From Phoronis australis (Eukaryota; Animalia; Phoronida), in assembly GCA_002633005.1 (NCBI GenBank), contig NMRA01000002.1:2869194-2933193 (forward strand): DNA of 64,000 nt, in the 5' to 3' direction. Made by a program: the position numbers and the translations under genes. Below are positions 60,701-64,000 of the stretch, piece by piece. The notes beneath the pieces were generated by a model. That model had not been told where the DNA came from, made no database searches, and saw nothing but the letters and a program-made list of their open reading frames with translations. Each line of letters starts with the position of its first letter. Within the stretch, counting starts at the first letter, position 1.

Positions 60701-63221
60701 GATTCATCGTTACATTATGAAGTTCGCCAGTAAAGCACCAGTGCTGGCCCTAGATAACATCTTTCGCTGTAACAGACCGTTCATCATTGCAGCTTCATAT
60801 GGTATAATTTACAGATTTTGAGAAATCAAGTCATGAGCGCCATGGATGTTATCGATGAAGCTTTCAAAGCTATAACTTTCCATTCAATTAAAAGAGGTCA
60901 ATTTGTTTGTGCACATTTTCAAATGGAAGTATTCAAAAAAGGCACAACATCTCAAAAATCGTTGTGAATTCATATAAAGAATACATCAGGTATTAAATTT
61001 TTAGTCATAGCTTCACTGTTTTTGTCACATCTGCTGGAAAATAAAAGAGTTTCTGCAAAGTTTGACAGGTTTGATTTAATTAAAACTTCTGTTTCGTCAT
61101 CACATGTTTCCGACAGTCTTTGGCGGTGTATATTTTAAGACGGTGAGTTTGTGCAACGCCTAAATTTTCGGGCGTGCACATCAATCCTGTCCCGTTCAGG
61201 AGTAACCAAAGTAACCGGCATCCAATTTTGGGGGTAAGGTAAAGACTTTTCTTCAACAACTTCCTAGTGTTCCCTCTAAATCCTATGCATGACTAGACTT
61301 GCTGGGGAGGAACCTGTAATTGGAGCACTGACGGCCTCAGATACGGAAACGTCAATGACACATTTCGCATTTTTCATGACAGCGTCTTCCCGTTCAGTGA
61401 ATTTACCAGATGTAGGGGGTTCTGAGCGTATGATAACATCTAGCTTCTTTGTTAACTGCCAAGCACACTCTTATGTCTGTTATGACAACAAGCAGGCCAC
61501 TTATCTATACCAGGCTTATTACAGACCACGTGTGAACACAGTCAAACTCAAAGTGAATTGGTGTATTCGGAAAGAATAGATTGTCGTAACTTCGGTTGCA
61601 GTTGGGCGATTTAGGCGATTCAAACACTAAACATGATCACCATGTGACGAAGATTTCAAAAGTGCTATTGGTTTATGTTCAAATGTGTTATAACTTAACT
61701 TTTATTTTTAACAGCACAGCCCAGTCAGGGTAGATACGATCTTAGTGGAGATTAGAGTAATTATCGAATAAAAGAGAGCTGGCCCTCCAACCATAAATGC
61801 CAGAATGGAGTTAATCAGTCGCGTAAGATATCGGCTACAGGGGTAAACTTCCCAACTTGTTGTTGGGCTATAGAATCGAACAAGTTGGGAGCAACGGGAA
61901 AACGCCGTAATGTGAAAATTCGTTGCGTTGAAACAAAACACAATTTCTACAAATATCAGATCTTAATTTACTAGTGACAAAGACATAATCCGAATTAGAG
62001 CCGGTTGTTTCCCAGTCAAGCCAGGTGCAGTGAAATTTCTAGTCGCCACCAACTAATGCCTCAAGTGGTCGTGGCACATTTCTAATCAGTATTTCAGATC
62101 GGCACTTTGAAAAAATGCCTGTGACTGTGGGACTAAAATTGTTTGGCTTGGGTCAGTTTTGGGCAGTCAACAAGTGCTGATCACCATCCAGGCCGCCCGG
62201 TCTCAGGTCACCACGACCTCGGGCCAATATCACGTCGAAGTCATGTTAATATTCACCTCGGTGAAAAGGCGGAAATTGTGTGGCGTCAGTCCCCGCCAAC
62301 ATATTGTCTCAAGCAATAACGAACTGTCATTAATTTCCGAGTCCAGAAGTTACACATATTTTGACAATTTGAGACCAAATTTATATCGTCAAATGCGGAA
62401 AGTGACGAATCATAACGGCGTTTTCCCGTTGCTCCCAACTTGTTCCATTCCATTGCCCAACAACAAGTTGGGAAGTTTACCCTTGTAGCCGATATCTTAC
62501 ACGACTGATTAACTCCATTCTGGCATTCATGGTTAGAGGGCCAGCATTCTCTAATTGTTCGATAATTGCTCTAATCTCCAATAAGATCGTATCTACCCTG
62601 ACTGGGCTGTGCTGCTAAAAATAAAAGTCACGTTATAACATATTTGAACATAAATCAATAGCATTTCTGAAATCCTCGTCAAATGGTGATCATGTTTAGT
62701 GTTTGAATCGCCAAAATCGCCCAACTGCAACCGAAGTTATGATAATCTGTTCTTTCCGAATGTACCAATTCACTCTGGGTTTGACGGTGTTCACACGTGG
62801 TCTGTAATAAGCCTGGTAGATAATTGGCGTACCTGTTGTCATAACAGACAAAAAAGCTGTGCTGGCAGTCAACAAAGAAGCTAGATGTTATCACACGCTC
62901 AGAACCCCCTTCATCTGGTAACTGAAGTTACTGAACGGGAAAACGCTGTCATGTATTGTATCGAATGAGAGTGGTATATACTACCAATACCTGTGAAAAA
63001 ATCGCCATTTCTTTTGTTTTGGTGTTCTAGCTTATCAGGAAATCTGCAATCTATGGAAAAAACGTCGCTAGTCTAAACCTTATTCTCAATTCGTCACAGG
63101 TGAACCAAATAATGTCGGAGGCAGAGAAAACTGTGTGGCAATGCGATTGCATGATTCACACTCCTGGAACGATTCGGAATGTGCCTCGGAGAGAAGCTAC
63201 ATTTGTGAGAAACGGGCATAA
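57793..63221 (+). CDS. Secreted single-domain C-type lectin (EPN/WND, mannose/glucose type); exons 57793-58150 and 63100-63221
   Basis: signal-like VFGIVACLIVGCSHA; SCYKF, AMRKC, HLVTITS, LWIGA, YTNF|GEPNN, ENCV, WND-C, YICEK; phase-1 GT-AG intron; start codon possibly in a micro-exon at 57677 (uncertain). Confidence 0.93.
58660..59990 (+). pseudogene. Kolobok transposase N-terminus (THAP domain plus CxxC region), DDE core deleted
   Basis: MPHCCYVPGCTN...*HRFP...RRTWL...HAT|YKAVENYRVCGKHF...RLKKDPIPSV is in frame once the insertion is removed; TAG at 58726; FRRCQVCG...WECVAGHSGKWDS. Confidence 0.88.
58811..59347 (-). mobile_element. 5'-truncated I/R1/LOA-group LINE (ORF2 C-terminal CCHC zinc knuckle plus 3' UTR)
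   Basis: ILTGHCNLARH...SPVCPECG...ESPKHLVESCPAF; 9-bp TSD ACGCAACGT at 58802-10 and 59348-56. Confidence 0.88.
59992..60299 (-). pseudogene. KolX-like protein N-terminus (P2X7 cytoplasmic ballast-like Cys cluster), truncated
   Basis: GYMFEPEY...SWCKCTVCVVMPTSMECLCCSEF; convergent to the THAP ORF. Confidence 0.8.
61375..62953. mobile_element. Foldback element with ~550-bp inverted arms and ~480-bp spacer
   Basis: 61375-~61925 is the reverse complement of ~62400-62953 with moderate divergence. Confidence 0.88.
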
Positions 63222-64000
63222 TACTATCGCTGCCTCCACCGGCGTAAAAGTGTACGGACCGAAAACCCAACGCTTGGAAACTTTATTGCACAAGATAAAC
63301 GGGTGACCAACAGCAAACGGTTAACGGTGTGATCAGAATGAAGGGTTAAAACGAATTCACTTCAAATGTGCTGTAAAATTTAACCAATATGTGGAACAAT
63401 ATGATGATCAAGTAAAATTTTGTTTTCTCCTTTTTTACCATAAAAATTGCATGGCATCAAATTAATTTTTTTCCATTTTCCAGCTATGAACCACAGCTAA
63501 AATAAGACAATGTTTTAAAAACTATTATCAGAACAATGAGAAAAGGATAATTATTCTATTTTTGTGCGAACTTAGAGATATTTTACCGTACCTATTACAC
63601 TGGATCTATAAATGTACTAATAATCCAGGACCAATTAAAAGAATTGTTAAGCCCAGTCTCATCAAAACGAACTGGTTTTAGTATCTAAATTTTACAACCT
63701 GTAGGCGTGTATCGAATACGTGCGCACGAAAATCGTGAAACAATAAAGACCATTAAGGTAGGTGGATACACAAAAAAAATAAATTTTGACTGTTTTTTTA
63801 CTTTTTTATGTCATCCTAATCTTTAATTCTTGGTGCACAGTATACTGAAGAAAAATAAAATTATTCTGAAAATCCAAAGTTGTTTTTTTAGCTATATTTG
63901 ACCAAGCCTCAGTAAGTCATATGGCTTGAGTGCTCACCAGCTCAGTGATTGACAACTGGGGCGGAGCTTATATACAAGGACACTAGCTCTAAGCTAACCC

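Overview
AT-rich animal (probably marine invertebrate) genomic DNA from a heterozygous draft assembly. It has two N gaps and several single-'n' joins that appear to place both alleles in tandem. Bases 538-47424 hold a nearly complete + strand NOC3L/Noc3 gene: 19 reconstructed GT-AG coding exons, 2391 nt, about 796 aa, first exon probably upstream of the window. Three of its exons appear twice. Its 19.4-kb intron (16462-35864) contains several antisense orphan ORFs (512, 267, 200, 185 and 94 aa) and a pogo-like MITE. That MITE carries a CR1/L2-group LINE with a palindromic 41-bp minisatellite between ORF1 and ORF2. Downstream are Penelope and Tc1/mariner remnants and a secreted EPN/WND C-type lectin gene. 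The lectin intron carries an internally deleted Kolobok transposon (THAP-transposase 5' end plus a convergent KolX/P2X7-ballast-like ORF, itself hit by a 5'-truncated LINE) and a 1.6-kb foldback element. All homology calls come from remembered motifs, not database searches.
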